Source of the DNA: Octopus vulgaris
Taxonomy: Eukaryota
NCBI GenBank assembly: GCA_951406725.2
Contig: OX597823.1
Location: 113,584,001-113,648,000, forward strand
Direction: 5' to 3'
Length of the DNA stretch: 64,000 bases
A program made the position numbers and the translations under genes. Positions 28,101-43,949 of this stretch are shown here, one piece after another (the stretch's first letter is position 1; each line of letters begins with the position of its first letter). The notes beneath the pieces were generated by a model. The model was not told the origin of the DNA, did not search any database, and worked only from the letters and a program-made list of their open reading frames with translations.

Positions 28101-28292
28101 ATGCACAAGACCCGAAAGGTATCGGGAGGGGACTAGTCGAATAGATCGACCCAGTATGCAACTGGTACTGCATTTATCGACCCCGAAAGGATGAAAGGCA
28201 TATTCGGCAAATTCGGCCTCAGAACTTGGAGACAGGGGAGCTACCGCTAAGCATTTCGCCCGGCGTGCTAACGCTTCTGCCAGCTCGCCGCC
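28101..28292 (-). mobile_element. SINE family B
   Basis: Head GGCGGCGAGCTGGCAGAAGCGTTAGCACGCCGGGCGAAATGCTTAGCGG and central GCCTTTCATCCTTTCGGGGTCGATAAA. Confidence 0.85.
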
Positions 28293-28889
28293 TTCTTTTG
28301 CAAAATGCATATTAAAATAAATATGTACGCATGTGTGTATGTATGTATGGATGGATAGAATGATGGATGACGGATGCACATACATGATGTATTTATTTAC
28401 TCTTACGTTCAAAAGGGGATGTTTTGTTTTCTTAATAATCATATTCAGAAAGAGTGTACTGATTGGAATCATTTTTGCATCGGCGTAGAGAAGATTTTGG
28501 AATGTTTTTCCTTCCACAATATACAAAAAATATTTCCAGCATTTCTACTTAATGTACGATGGTTTGATCAGCTCAAATTATTTTTTTTGGCGCTCTTGAT
28601 ATGCTTTTTTTTTGTACTATATAGATGTTTTACTATTTATAGACTATACAGCTCGATTTTCGTTAAATATTGCTTCTGGTTAGGTACTTTAAGTCATCTA
28701 TGGTAAATTTGGATGTGTTTGCGTTGAATTTCGATCTGTGGTTCAGCCGGTCGATACTTTCCATCTTGATTATCTTCATTTGCATATCTGAATGCATATA
28801 AATATATGCCTCCATGTCAGTGAATGAGTGTATTATGTTTGCCTGTATTCAAATCTCTCTCTCTTTTTCTCTCTCTCTCTTTCTCTCTC

Positions 28890-28952
<63 letters not shown>

Positions 28953-29049
28953 GTGTGAGCGTGTGTATGCATGTATATATTTATATTTGTATATATCTAT
29001 CTTTCTATTTAGATCTCTTTCTCTCTCTCTTTATCTTTCTCTAGTCGTC

Positions 29050-29157
29050 TCTAGGCTTACAAAGAATAACTCCTGGGTTCGATTTGTTCGGCTAAAGGTG
29101 GTGCTCCAGAATGGCCGCAGTCAAATGACTGAAACGAATAGAAGAATAAAAAGAATA
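29050..29157 (+). mobile_element. SINE family A, 3' tail only (5'-truncated)
   Basis: CTAGGCTTACAAAGAATAA...GTGCTCCAGAATGGCCGCAGTCAAATGACTGAAAC. Confidence 0.85.
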
Positions 29158-29212
<55 letters not shown>

Positions 29213-29913
29213 TAAGTGTGTGTAAATATATAAATATATACAAATATATTTGTACACATGTAGGAGTGTGTAACTTTTGAGTGCTGTACGTTTGTGCTTT
29301 CATACGTGTTTGTGTGAGCATCTGTGTGTGTCTGCGTGCGTGTCTGCGTGTGTGCACATGCGTGTGCGCGCGTGTGTCCGTGCATAAAACATCTGAACAG
29401 AGGATATAGAAGAGATTTACAAATACATAACTAATTCATATTCCACTTTTCAGAACATTGATAACATACATCATGATTTGTTTCCTTTCTGAACCCAATT
29501 GTTCATTTGTGTATAATTTATACAAATTAATCGGAAATATGAATTTTCATGATGCTGCTGCGTTTTCGCTTTCCTTTATCTTTTTTTTTTTTTTTTTTTT
29601 TAGTTATTTTTTTTAACGTATATCCACACAATTATATTTGTGAAAGTTATCATATGAAATATCATATAACGATAAAATTCTCAATAAATATCCATAGAAA
29701 CAATGGCAGTAACATTTCGCCTATTTATGGTGGAAGTGTTACATTGATTCTAAAAAGGTGAAGTTTAGGGTATTTTACATTTAAATTGAAAGAATCTATA
29801 TTTGTACTGGTTTTTGCTTCTAGGAATGCGATAAACAATTTTGAAATAATAACCACATACTTCAAGTGTGGGCCTGTGTATGTGTTTAAATGTGCGTGTT
29901 TGATTGTACGTGC

Positions 29914-29959
<46 letters not shown>

Positions 29960-30988
29960 GTGTGTATTTATGTTACAGTGTGTGTACATATGTTCGTTTG
30001 GCTTTGTTTGTATGTACTTGCTTATACATGTTTTGTGTGTATATGTTTTGAGGGAGGTTTACTTGGTTTCACAATGTTGGTAAGAAAATAATTTCACAGT
30101 ACGCAAATAGGTACGAGCACACACACATACACACTCACACAACTCGCAAATGAAAATATAATGAATGGTTATAAAATAGAAAATTAAAAATATATATATA
30201 AATATATATAAATATATATATATATATATAAATTTTAGTACTACTAGAAAATAGTACGAAACACTAAAACAAAGAAAAACTTTATGAAAATTCTTCGCAC
30301 TCCCAAATCCCACACACACACCAAAAATGTCACGCAACCCCTTTTCAAATCAATGAGAAATAATAGAAATTAACAAAATGAAAACACCAAAAATATCTAC
30401 AAATCTAAAAATAAATGTCGGCAATAAAAATAAAAATACATATAAAGAGAAACGTACAAAACAATATATAATATCCGAATGAAAAGGAAACGTATAATGA
30501 AAATCCATTTGAGCGAAGGTAATGCGAATCTGTTTTGGAAAGCAACCGACCATAAGTCCGATGGAATGAATGATGGGGTTTCGGTTATTTTAAATAATAA
30601 AACACAAAAGCCAATAATAAAGAATAATAATGGGATAACTATCTCCATACCTTTCCAACACTTAAATGTTTGTTGATTGCAAGTTATTTACCACCAGCCT
30701 GGTATTTTTTCACTGCTAAATTCGGAAACAATATGTGATTGCGCAGAAATTGTTTGCCAGATATGTAATTATCTTTCGCAGCAACATACCTCTAATAAAT
30801 AAATGAATAAAAAAATTATTACACAAAAAAAAATCTGACGAACGTTAAATATAGAGAAAAAAATAATGAAAGAAAATAAATAGGGAAGCTAGTGTGAAAT
30901 GTTAATGACACAATGAGATATGAATCTATTCTGTCATTGCTTTTGGCTGCTCTGTCAGATATACGTTAATTTATACATACATACATAC

Positions 30989-31038
<50 letters not shown>

Positions 31039-31089
31039 CTAAGTATATTTATATGCATGTATGTATATATATATATTTATGTGTGTGTG

Positions 31090-31141
<52 letters not shown>

Positions 31142-32589
31142 ATACGAACTCTATGTGCTTATGCCTGAGTATGTGTATTATATTTGTATAAATCTATGTA
31201 TGAGTACCTGTGATTTTGTACGTCCAAATACGCAAATATCGGCAGATATATACGCACAGATATACGCATATTCAATGGACATTATGATTATTAAAACAGA
31301 GGCATCATATTTGTTCATCCTTTTCAACATCAACATTAGCAATATCATAATAATCAAGTGAGAAGTCGTTACCAAGCAAATAATAGTTTTAAACTTAATA
31401 AGAAAATAGGATTCAGAATAAAAAATCTATAAAATGCCTACTTTTATGAGAGTTAAAATGATTATAATAATTATTAGTAATAATAATTCTATTAATATTG
31501 GTAATAATTTTTCATCAGCAAAATTCCACTTCTGGAAACCATCATCATCTCATCAGAAATATCATTGTCATTTCAAATGCTATCATTAATATTTCTTATA
31601 TGATTCTTTGTTTCATTGTGTTTTGCTATCACATTTATACAATCTGCACGTTTTTGTTCTTAAGTTTACAATTCATACCAAATACAGTAATATAATTTTT
31701 ATTTCCTTTGACATTTATAAACTAGGTGCACACTCATAACTGTATATGTGTGTGAGTGTCTGTATGTGTGTGTGCGTTTGCGTATACATACATATATACA
31801 AACACATATTTACAATAGATATAAATATATACTTACAATCACACACACATACATTTATGTGATTATGTGAATCTATGTATGTTCTATTTTTAATTATTCA
31901 ATTCCCTCTATTGGGGTGCTCATTTGTTTCTAAAAAAAATACAGGTTCGCATCGGTGGAAAGTAGATATAGAATGTGACATTTTAAATTTGAGAAAAGCC
32001 GTGCATATTTTTAATGTTCCACTCATAGATATTATTCGTAATGAGCTAGTTTGATGTTTTTTTCTTAAAATCCAAGCTGACAGTCAAATATATGTGTTTT
32101 TTTAGTTTTGCTTAAATACTTCATAAAAGGATTACAGGTAAGTTCACCACAATCAAATCTCTGCATGGGAAGTTCACCGGTATCAATTCACAGTGAAGTT
32201 CCCCGTCAGGAAATTTCATTGCGAGAAAAGTTTAACGAGAAGATATATCCATAGTATCTCAGCATTAATATTTTTCTGAAAATATTTTATTGGAAAAACA
32301 AAACATGGTGAATTGATTAGTGTGAGGTTACCGGACAGGTATGATGTCAGCTTCTACTGCAAACTTTTATTTATGTCGGCCTGTCGCGATTCCGGGTCAC
32401 ATGAAACATGTGAGTGCCTGCACAGTTGTTCTCCAACTCTGAAGATGTTGCTCTGTATAAATATATACATGCACACTCACGTACATATATATATATATAT
32501 ATATACATGCACATATACATATACGAAATAGAACTTGATATTCAATTTTTCGAATTATTATTTCTATTGCATATAACTCTTGATAACAA

Positions 32590-32700
32590 AAGTACTTATG
32601 TATCGACTCCAAAGAATGGGGAGTAAAGTCAACCTCGATAGAATTTGAACTCAGGAAGTAAATACCGCTTAGCATTTTGCCCGGCGTGCTAACGATTCTG
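32590..32700 (-). mobile_element. SINE family B fragment
   Basis: gaatttgaactcag...accgcttagcattttgcccggcgtgctaacgattctg. Confidence 0.75.
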
Positions 32701-34211
32701 ACACTCTCCGTTTTATCTAATACCAATACTGCAAGCATCAATATTGTCAGTTGATTAAGAAATGCAGCTTATTTTATGAGACGCATCGGTATCCTTTCCT
32801 ACTTGAAATCTGTCCTCTTCAACCAACTCTACGTTATCTTCTGGGTACAGTTAATCTGATTCCTGTTGAATCAGTATCTTATAAACTATGCAGTATCTCA
32901 TCAGTTTTAAACACTCTATCTCTACCGATATGTAACAAAATGTATGCAGGAAGTCTTCATTTTTGGTGAGATCTATTGTCGAGAAATTGAAATAGATTAT
33001 TGCAACATCCGCAATAGCTGTATCTGAAAGGAAGCATTTCGATACAGCCCAACTCTGCACTGATAGTATATTTGTATTTTCCTTGGCTTTTTAATTTCAG
33101 TTTGACTGGATGTCAACATACGGCTTCAAAAAGATTTCAACATTTATACAGACATTACCCATAATCAATATCACCAGATACTTCCAGAGAATTGTTCCAA
33201 CACTTGCATTCAAACTTTCACGCGTTTTTCTAGCCCGAGAAAAGCAATCTAAGATTCTCAAATAACTTCTTTTTCTGGATGATCTAAGAAATTACGAACA
33301 ATTTGATTCTGATACAAAGTATCAATTATCAAATTTCAGTAGTTCATTGTTCAGGATTTAAACCCCGAAAGAGAAGTTATACAAATGTTGAGCTTCCTGG
33401 TAAAGTACATAGTACATACTGCCAGGCAAATGCTGACTGCTACACATCTTTAAATATCGTGTTTAAGTAATTCAAATATTACACTAATAACATTGAGAAA
33501 CAACATCGAATATATTTCACCTCCTCGTCATCTCAGATTAATTAGGATGATAGCCCTTTGATGTGTACAATATACCATTGATATCTAAAGGTGAGGTTAT
33601 TGAACTAACTAATTCATCTCACTAGGTTTATGCTTGTCTGCATGAGCGTGCGAGTGTGTGTATGTATGTGTGTGTGTGTATGTGTGTGTGTATGTGTGTG
33701 TGTGTGTGTATGTATGTGTATGTGTGTGTGTGTGTGAGAGAGCATAGAACTAGTCCCCGAAGTAGGTGATCTTGGAGTTCGGTGCAACATACTTTTGTTT
33801 TCTATACCTGATGAATATGCAAAAGCTTGTGAAATATGAGAAAACACGGATAATAGTTTTTCAAGTAAGAAAGAGAGAAGAAAGAGAGATAGAGAGAACG
33901 CGAGAGAGATAGAAAGAAAGAAAGACACAGAACGTTGTTTCATGATCGTATAGTATTTTCATTAAACACCTTCCTGAGAAGTAGTATGAATATTTTAGAA
34001 AATTACCATAGCATTCTCGATTTTCCATTACCTACGTACCCATATAAATGTATATAAATATACAGCTATGCAGACTTTTATAATGTAATAATTCGAATTT
34101 ACAATTGGAATTCATCTACATGTCTTTAACTAACTAATGCAGTGGGAAAAAGTATTATAACACACCTCAGTTGTCATCATCTCAACATATTGTGAGTACA
34201 TTTTTAGGTTT

Positions 34212-34506
34212 TTGTTTGTTTGTTCCTTCTCGAACTATGCCTGGCTCATAAGGGCCGGTTTATCGGTTTCTTGGCGTATAGGTTCCCCACGTGGACGGGA
34301 CGCCGGTCCATCGCAGGTGAGCTGCAAGATGCAGGAGGAAAGAGTGAGAGAAAGTTGTGGCGAAAGCGTCAGCAGAAATTTCGCCATTACCTTCTGCAGA
34401 CCCGCGTGGAGCTTAGGTGTCTCGCTCATAAACACCCACTTCGTCCGGTCTGAGATTCGAACCCGCGAGTACGGTGCTCTAACCACTAGACCATGTGCCT
34501 CCACAA
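34212..34506 (-). mobile_element. tRNA-derived SINE, family C, with 10-bp TSD
   Basis: Head GGAGGCACATGGTCTAGTGGTTAGAGC...GGTTCGAATC, body CCTGCGATGGACCGGCGTCCCGTCC (MetaSINE/V-SINE-like, from memory), tail (AAAC)n. TSD ATTTTTAGGT at 34200-34209 and 34507-34516. Confidence 0.85.
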
Positions 34507-36242
34507 ATTTTTAGGTGTGAATTCATAGCGTATATATATGTTCATTCAACACGTTGATCAAGGTAAACTAGATTTAACTCCAACACTCCTACCAAATATA
34601 CATTTACTTAAGGCCCAAGCATTCTTTAATTTCCCCGCGTATCTATTTTCATCGATCTCTTACTTGCACTTTTAGCCACCGTTCACATAAGCAAACGATT
34701 GATTATCGCTTACAATAACGATCGATATAGAACTTGGTAAAATATGGCATTCTCATTAAAGCATCCCACTTTCCGAAATGCAGGGCTTATACCGGGTCAA
34801 GGACTATCTTTGATGAATGCATAAACTCACTTTGTTACCTAAACTAGTTTAATTATTTTACATTGCTATGTATGATATTCCCCACAAAAACAATATTTTA
34901 GAAACTCAACTAATGTTCTTCTTTGTTGTAACATATCGATTTCCTTTGTTCAATGACTTTTACTTTCACTTTAAGCCGTTCATAAAATTAGGTGATTGAT
35001 TATCACACACAATAAAGATCGATTTAAAATTCACGTGATGAATTAGTTAATTAACATATCGAAGAAGAAATTGTCTCATTTTTCCTATATAGTTCTAACA
35101 TAATTATTTCTTAAAGTGGCGAAAATTATATTCTTGGTGAGATGAGAAGTCGTCAACATTTCGATTCTTGGCCGATGCCTTTTAAAATCTTTTTACGCGA
35201 AAATACTCTTGGTGAAAGAATGGACGTCAGAGCATGAACCAATTTTAAGTTTTAGACGCAGTAACGTGTCATTTAATAATTACAATGGTTTAAGGAAAAG
35301 GCTAAGCAAAATTTAGGTGTCATTTCATTTTCGAACAATTAGTGCTAATTATCCTTCAAATCCCATCTAGAAAATAACCATATTTTTTAATCCCTAATAC
35401 TGAAACACGAACTAGAACTTGCGCCTGCCATTACTGAAGCAACTAGCGAACACAGGAAGGCGTATTGCTTAGATGTAGCTGTTTATTTTCAATTTCTAAT
35501 TCCCGTTACATTTCCCAATTAAAATTTAATACGCGTTGTACAAAGTGGTAAAAATCACGTTATTTCCTGAAGACTGATGAACGATTTTTACCAATTATTC
35601 AGAGAAGATCTATGTTGGAGGCCTTTTCCCCCTTAAGAAAGAAGGGGAATTGAGATAGGCATTCTGAAAATAGATGTAGAATGATTGCTACATAGCCATG
35701 TCTACTAAAGTTACGTAAGTATCGAGTAGTTTTCTATTTAGTACGTCACCGAAAATAAGTTTAGTTCCTCTCTGTCTAGTTTCAAAACCGTCCTTTCCGT
35801 CGTCCAGATTTCATTCACAAGGTTCTGATCAACACAATATTAGAGTCGAATGAACATTTCCCAAGATACCACACATCTCGGAAGAGAAGATCTTAATGAT
35901 ACATAGAACCACGTTCTGTGTAGTTAGGAATGAAATTATTTTAAGGGATTACGTAGCAGCTGTCTGCTTGACTTAACTCTACCGATGATATTCCTTCCCT
36001 GAAAGGCCAATGGTTTCGTATGACTATAAGTCTAAAGTCGTTGAAAATTTCAAATCGATTATCGAACTTCCTAAATAACAGCAAAGCTCCTTATAGTATT
36101 GAAATAGCCAAAAATTCGTATCTTGTTTATCGATGAATATAGAAAACGTGGATGGTCAAGACGAATAAATCTGATGGGAGCTCTGTTGAAAGAAGTTTGG
36201 CCGTACTATAAAGCAGAAAAATACAGCACAGTTTCAATATAT

Positions 36243-36259
36243 TATATTACTACAGCAGT

Positions 36260-36344
<85 letters not shown>

Positions 36345-36502
36345 TTGTAGTAGTAGTAGTATTGTAGTAGTAGTAGTAGTAGTAGCAGCAGCGGTGGTGG
36401 TGGTAGTAGTAGTATTAGTAGTAGCAGCAGCAGTAGAAGCCGAAGCAGCAGCATCAGTAGTAGTAGTAGTAGTAGTAGTAGTCGTAGTAGTGGTGGTGGT
36501 GG
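36243..36502. repeat. (GTA/GCA/GGT)n compound microsatellite
   Basis: Directly visible. Confidence 0.96.
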
Positions 36503-38487
36503 AATAGTGAAATTAAGAAAATATAAATAGTAACAGAGACTTATTTTTCTATGAATTGAGCAATGATGAAAAATGATGGAGATTGTGAGAAAAACAAGGG
36601 AACAAATTGACTTCAAATGTATACACCATGATAATGTAACACTGCAGAGTCCAAAGCATTTGAGTATTAAAAAGCTGACGGGAAATCCTCGGAAGGACGC
36701 TCTTCCTTTCAAACCAAACTCTAACGAGTTAAAAACGGAAAGCGCGTATTGGATAATGTAATTCAAGCTATTACGACGTGTATTAATGCATAGATAACTA
36801 AAAATTCACTTATTGGATGGCCATGGCAGGAAAGTCTTTGATTATAGGGCTTTAACATCAAGGAAAGATTTTAATTATTGGGCTCTGCCATCAGCGTGGT
36901 ATTAGGTCTTGACAGCAACGCTTAATTTATATTTTCGCCAGAATTGCATATGAAATCGTAATTTGTACGAAGTTTGAATATCTACAAACAACATGAAGTC
37001 GTATCATGATTAAACTAAATAAGAATGTAAAGGACACATAACATGTATCAAGTTTTGAAATCAAATACATTAGTTTCTTTATGTTTACTGATGATCAGAG
37101 TAAATAAAACAACGGACCACCATCAATTAAATTATTTAATTAGATTAACAAGACCGAACCTATTCATCCAAGCACACAAATCACGCATATGTGCATGCAC
37201 ACACATATAATTAAATACATATACATTCATACACATATGCATTCATACATATACATTCATACACATGTATGTATGTATACACACACATACACACACACGC
37301 AAATTCCAATCATTTTAGAGCATGTACTTATAATGTATGTATTGTTGTATTCGTGTAGTTGACGGCCTTTGTAATAATCAGCTACACAATATTTACACTC
37401 ACCGTTTTAAACCAATTTGCTGTGCCTCATAAAAAAAGCAATTCCTTTAATCTCACCTTCGAACCATTTCTACTGTTGTAGTTATAACAATTGTCAACAG
37501 AAATGGTGTTTCTCATTGGCAGCATTGTACTGTCTAAATAAACCGAACTAAAACATTATTTCATTCCTTTTGGCAATCTATGATGAAGAATTCTTTGTGT
37601 TTGTGAGTCTGGGTGTATGTGTGTATATTTGAGTGGCTGTGTGTATGCGTTTTATTTTAGTCCATCTTTTATTGGCATCCGGAATTTGGCGTCACTGTTT
37701 GCAAGTACTTGGGATTTTAATAAAAGCCAACTATTTTATCTACAGAAATTTCCATGAATCTGCTGGAATTGTTCGGACAAATCATTTCCTATCATTTACT
37801 AAAATGTCAATATAGTAAAAACGTTATTTAAACTTCCAAATATTACAAAAGAAAAAAAAAAACATCAAGCTATAGAAAGGCTGTAACAACGTAAAAAAAT
37901 CGAAAACCGAAAGAAAAGCTAAATAAAAAATAATTTGAAAGATGGAGGAAAGGCTTGCTCACTGATTGTGAAATTAGCAACAGTCTGGCGGGGAGAATAT
38001 AATGCATTATAATATGAAGCATTATAGTTTGTGGGCAAATGGAATATTTGACTTCTAAACTGTACATCATCCATTCTTTGTGAATTCAAAATAAGTTCTA
38101 TGTGTATGTCTATCGCGTATTGTCGTTGTGCGCATAGAGACACACCCACGCACCCACACACACATATACACACACACATACAAACACACGCACATATATA
38201 TGCCTATATAACTACACACACACACAAGCACACATATATACATATATATAAAGAGAGGCAGAAAGAAGTTGATGTATATAAATATTATTGTAGTACCGGC
38301 CTCCATCGTCAGGATGGAAATATCAGCCACTACCTCACCTGGATTTCGCTAATAGCCTCGTTAAGTCTTCGGGGTATTAATTCAAACCATTTTAGTACTA
38401 CTAGTACATGTTGTCCATTTCCCTGTCTGTCTATCTATCTACATCTATCTGTATCTATATCAATAGCTATATCTATATCAATATCTA

Positions 38488-38489
<2 letters not shown>

Positions 38490-38578
<89 letters not shown>

Positions 38579-38607
38579 ATATATATATATATATATATAT
38601 CTATCTT

Positions 38608-38640
<33 letters not shown>
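38490..38640. repeat. (ATCT)n(AT)n microsatellite
   Basis: Directly visible. Confidence 0.96.
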
Positions 38641-41397
38641 ATTTCTATATATGTGTGTGTCTGTCTGTCTATTTACATCTATGTATATCTATATAACTAA
38701 TGAGAGAAAGAGAAAAAATGGAATTCACCAGATTCTTTATTAATCACTACCACCGTTTCGACCCTTCGTGCATCGTAATCTCAGGGATGCGATTATGTAT
38801 AAAGAGTTGTAATGCAACATTCGGTAAAAATTACCTCGTCAGTTGGATTGCGAAAGATACATACTTCCCTAATCTCCGTTTCGTTTATTTCAATTGGAAT
38901 ACATTCTCAGTTTAAGTTTTCATCTGTATTTATTTTGTGTTTCTCCTCGATACAAACAAAACAAAATGTCTGACAGTTACAAAATTCAAGAGCGCACTTT
39001 GATGCAGAACGGAGGAACTGCCAATCAAATATTTAAGACCACAAATATTACCTCAATTTTCACTTATAAATTTTCCATGAACTACCGCTGAAAACAGAGT
39101 CGGTAGGGAAATAGTTGATCTAGAAGAAAGGCCCCATCTCAATGAAGGAGAGCGGTGCGCAGTAAAGCCGTTGAGGGGAAGGCTCCGAAACAGTGCACAA
39201 TATTTTTTCTTTTGATGATCCCATATACAGGCATGTATCCGGTGACCGGTGGTTTCAGGTGGTAGCACTTGCATATACAAGTTGGTTGAAAAGACGAGTG
39301 AGGGAACAAAAAGCAAGTGAATTAGTTTGACGCTCGGGAAAAAATGGAAAAGCCTTTGACCTTTCCAGTTTATGCTGTTTAAGAGAAGACGAGGAGAAAC
39401 AGAGCGGAGAGAGTTTACATAAAACAGACACAGAAAACCAAAACAGAAACAGCTGTTGGGATTAGTGGTTCCACGTGTTGCCCGGGCATGGCTGTGTGGT
39501 AAGATGCTTTTTTCCCAACCATATTGCTGAAGGGAATATATTAAACGAGAAGCAAAAGCAGAATATTGTGAAAGTAACTATGTGCAAAACACTTTGAAAA
39601 AAGGCTCAAATTGATCATTTCATCTGCTAGAAATACCACACAAATCACCTTTCATTCTCGCCTGGTTCTCCTAAAGGTCGAATGTATCCAGGGCAATGTA
39701 ATCTTAGTCATATAATACTTCATCACAATTACGACGCTAATAAAAATATTTCAAAATTAGCAGTGTTTATGAAGCAGAGATTTTGGATAAGTTCATATAT
39801 AAAATTACAATTCCAGGGGAAATTCTGAATATATGTTGCTTTTTATTAGATGTAAATGTTTCTTATATAATGCCTATATATTAATCCTTAAATTTCCCAA
39901 GCTCATTTACCATTAGATATGCAAAATGTATACGAACATATATGAACAGAGTTATACTCACAAAAATTACAGGATGACATAATCTGCATGCATCTGTCCC
40001 TGTTCGCATATAACTTTCACGCGTATCCATAGATGTGTAAATACTGAGATAGGAATTTATACATATATTCATATTTGTGTATAAATACATATTGATAGAT
40101 AGATGTAGATACAGAGAGAAAGAGAGAGAGATACACAAATATAGATATATAAAGATAGACATTGACAGATATATATATATATATATAGATAGATATTCCT
40201 ACGTATGTATTCATTCATGAATGTATAGCGTATATCTTTATTTATTTATATTAGATGTTTGCTCAAATGACATCCATTGTATGTTTGAATGTGTTGCTTC
40301 GTACCTGTGTGTTTTCCGCTTATATTTTATTACCATTTTTCCTGTCTTTTTACCTTCAATTCTTTGACTTTTATTGCAAGCTCTAAATTAAACATCACAA
40401 TTGACCGTAAATCATTATTTAATACATCGATAAATACTTGCTCATCTGTTATCTCCACTCATTATCTGTCACGCATTTCTAAATTGTATTGTTGTTATTG
40501 ACAATTGTGTTAACATCATCCTGTTCATTGCAAATAACGAAGCGGAATTAAACGAACACGTGACAATCATGCATTTAAATTTTATTTCCGGTTTTGCGAT
40601 TCTGACAAGAGCTTCAATTTGAATGATCATAAAATAATAATTATTAATTCGAAGCACGACTATTTAACTTCTTTGCCTTTTATTATTCTATATTTATGCC
40701 TTTATTAAATTTATTTACGTTTAGGAGTAAATGCATTTCCCAAATAATATAATTTCAAAAACAACAAATAATTTTCATTTCAACAAATCTTTCGGAAAGC
40801 AAAGCATATATTTTCAAATATTAATACCTATTATTCCATAAATGAAATATATAAGTGATTTCTTACAGAGACATGAGTTCAAAAATATTCGTGGTGGTGA
40901 TAGTGAATTAAATCGTCCTCGTATATATCTGGTATTTTTCTTGACTTCTGAAGGGTGAATGAAACTTCAAAACAAGAATATATATCATCTGATATTCTGT
41001 TATTTTCTATAAGGATTCTACCAAAACACAACCCTATTAGAAATTAAATAAATAATAATATTTTATGTAGGACACACGGTCAGAAATTTAGATGTTGAAA
41101 AAGTAAATTATATCGATCTTAATTCTTAACTGGCGCCTCATGTTATCGACTCTACAAGGATAAATGTTATAGCTAAAAGATGAGAACTCTGAAAGTATAG
41201 AACTGAAGCAAATAAATCGAGATACTATATCAGAAGTTCTAATGAATCTGTAAAATTACGATCCTAATAAAAATAATAACTGTGCCAGATTTTGACACAG
41301 ATGCAGCAATTTTGGAGTCGAAAGTTGATTATATCAGACCCAGAACATGACTGTTACTTTATTCTATCAACTTCGGAAGAATGAAAATGGTTTCACA

Positions 41398-41540
41398 TTT
41401 TGGCACAAGGTCAGCAATTTCGAGCAAGGGAGTATGTCGATTGCATCCATCCAGTACTCTGCTAGTACTAATTTGATAAACTCCCGAAAGGATGAAAGGC
41501 AAATGCGACGCCGGTGGAATTTAAACAATAGAACGTAAAG
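41398..41540 (-). mobile_element. SINE family B, diverged
   Basis: cccgaaaggatgaaaggcaaa...ggaatttaaac..agaacgtaaag. Confidence 0.65.
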
Positions 41541-41555
41541 ACGTATTATTATTAT

Positions 41556-41616
<61 letters not shown>

Positions 41617-41661
41617 AATGCTACTACTACTACTACTACTATTATTATTATTATTATTATT

Positions 41662-43498
41662 GCCTTTTCACAGCTTCTGACGCTTGACAACAAAAAGAGA
41701 AGAAACGTACTACGTAAATACAAAATCTCATAACAAGGAATACCAGAGGTAAAGGAATAGCTAAAGCAAGATATCCTCACCAAAGCACAAAGAATCCACC
41801 GGTATGAGAAACGTCAACGTTTCTTTGAACAATACAAACAGTTCAACTGAAACCCCCAATCGATTCTCCCAAGAACTCGGCAAAAATATAATAGAAATCA
41901 ATACAGCACCAACAATAGAAGTGGAAAAAAATATGGTCGGTGAAGGAACAACCTCAGAAAAGATATATCTATACAACGAACACAGCACCTGAACAACTCT
42001 GGAACCTTTTAACAACTGGAGAGATTACCCATACACTGCAAACACAAATAACTGGAAGGCATCCGGGCATGACAAGATTCCCAGCTTCTATTTTAAATAT
42101 CTAACAGTAACACATAAAAACCTGGCTAAGAGTTTTAATGAAATACTAGCAAAGTCAGAGACATTGCTTGTATGGCTCACGGAAGGGAAATTGGTCCTAA
42201 TTCCCAAATACACCGAATCGGTAAACCCACAAAATTAAAGACCGATAGCTTGTTTAACTACAATTTACAAAGCTTTTACTGCAATAATATCGCAGAGAAT
42301 GGGCAAACGACTGGGAAAAAACAGAAGAGGGAAAGGGGTACTTCAAGGGTTCGAACGGTTGTAAAGATCAGCTACTGATCAATTAGCCATAAATGAAGTC
42401 AGCCGCAGAGAGATGAAGGATCTACGTATGGCCTGGATCGATTACCGAAAAGATTTTTATAATATTCTCCAAAGATGGATCCTAGATATACTAGGCATGA
42501 ATAAGGTAGCACCAATAATCATAAAATATATAAAACATTCCATGAATAAATGGCAAACAGCTCCAGATAATTAAAACCAAAGCCATCCCCATTAGAAGAG
42601 GAATCTTCCAGGGAGACACGCCGTTTCCTCTCCTTTTCTGATTGACACTGACACCTTCAGCTGATATGCTAAACAAAACTGGATGTGGATACGACTTTTG
42701 CGACAAAACAATCAGCCATTCCTTGTACATGGATGATCTAAAACTGTACGTTACGAATGATAAACGGCTGGAAGATTTATTACAGGCCGTACATATATAT
42801 GCCAAAGAAATAAACATAAAATTTGGCTTAGAAAAATGCGCCAAAGCAACCGTGAAAAGAGGAAAACTAGTTAAGAGTAGCAACATTGCACTAGAAAAAG
42901 CAAAGGAACTAACAGAATTAGACCAAAGCTAAACGTACAAATATTTTGGAATCAATGAACTAGATACAACGCACGCAAATGAAAGATAAGAAAAATACAC
43001 TATAGACGAGTTAGAGTAATACTGGAAACAGAGCTCAATGCTAGGTATTGACACTCCAGCCGTGCCAGTTATAAGTTACAGCTACAATATTCTTAACTGG
43101 AATATAAATGATCTAATCAAAATAGAAAGGAAAGCAAGGAACATAATGACAGGTTTTATGTTGCAACACACAAAATCTGACATAGAAAGGTGTTATATAT
43201 AAAACGTATGGAAGGAAGGCTAGAGGCCTTATGCAGCTAGAAAACTATTGAAAAAAAACCACCATAGGACTACAGAAAAACCTACTTCAGAATCAAACAA
43301 AGCTAATAGAAATAGCCACAAACAAAACAGAAAAATTGCTTTTGTCTTTAAGGAAGCTGACAATTTCAAAAATAAAGCCATGGTACCTAACAACTATGAA
43401 GAAAAAGAAGAAACAGCAAACGCTGTAAAACAACTGAAATCCAAACCCAAACTGGAACAGCAAGAGATCACGAGGAAATGATGGCAAGAAAAACCTTT
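41662..43498 (+). mobile_element. Dong/R4-clade LINE, degenerate copy
   Basis: Fragments RRGIFQGDT, HSLYMDDLKLY and KFGLEKCAK, collinear with the minus-strand copy at 47102-50022. Begins at a (TAT)n tract and has many stops. Confidence 0.88.
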
Positions 43499-43949
43499 GG
43501 GTTAACGAATGAAAAAGTTTTCGTTAGTTTGAGCTCCAGTTATGTCTTTCAGTTTTCCTTTCTGTTGTAAACAGAACATCAGCCTTCGTCGTTGATTGCA
43601 ATTTAACGTCAATCAATGTGGCTTTGATAAAAACAAAATTGTACTTCAATGTTTTTGTGATAGGTTGATATGATGATAAGGAAACAGCGTTTGTTCAACA
43701 CAAATTTAAATGACCACACTGCACCAACATGATATACACAAATATAATATAGATCTAACACAGACGAATCTCATCAATGCCATTCTAAATACCACTATTT
43801 TCAGGAAAACTTACTCTTATTGTCATTGTTTCATTCATATTTTCGCCCGCGATAATCCTTTCGCAGTCCATAGAACTCTATAAGATATTCTCTTATTTTT
43901 TCATGCTGATACTGCATTGACTGTTACCTATTTTTATATGGTTCTTTAT

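Noticed and set aside
32760-33620. Possible hAT transposase relic
   Set aside because: Only a vague ERVF-like word; no TIRs or catalytic motifs recognised.
39080-39480. GC-richer unique-looking segment, possible promoter or exon
   Set aside because: No recognisable ORF, splice-site pair or regulatory motif that I can support from sequence alone.
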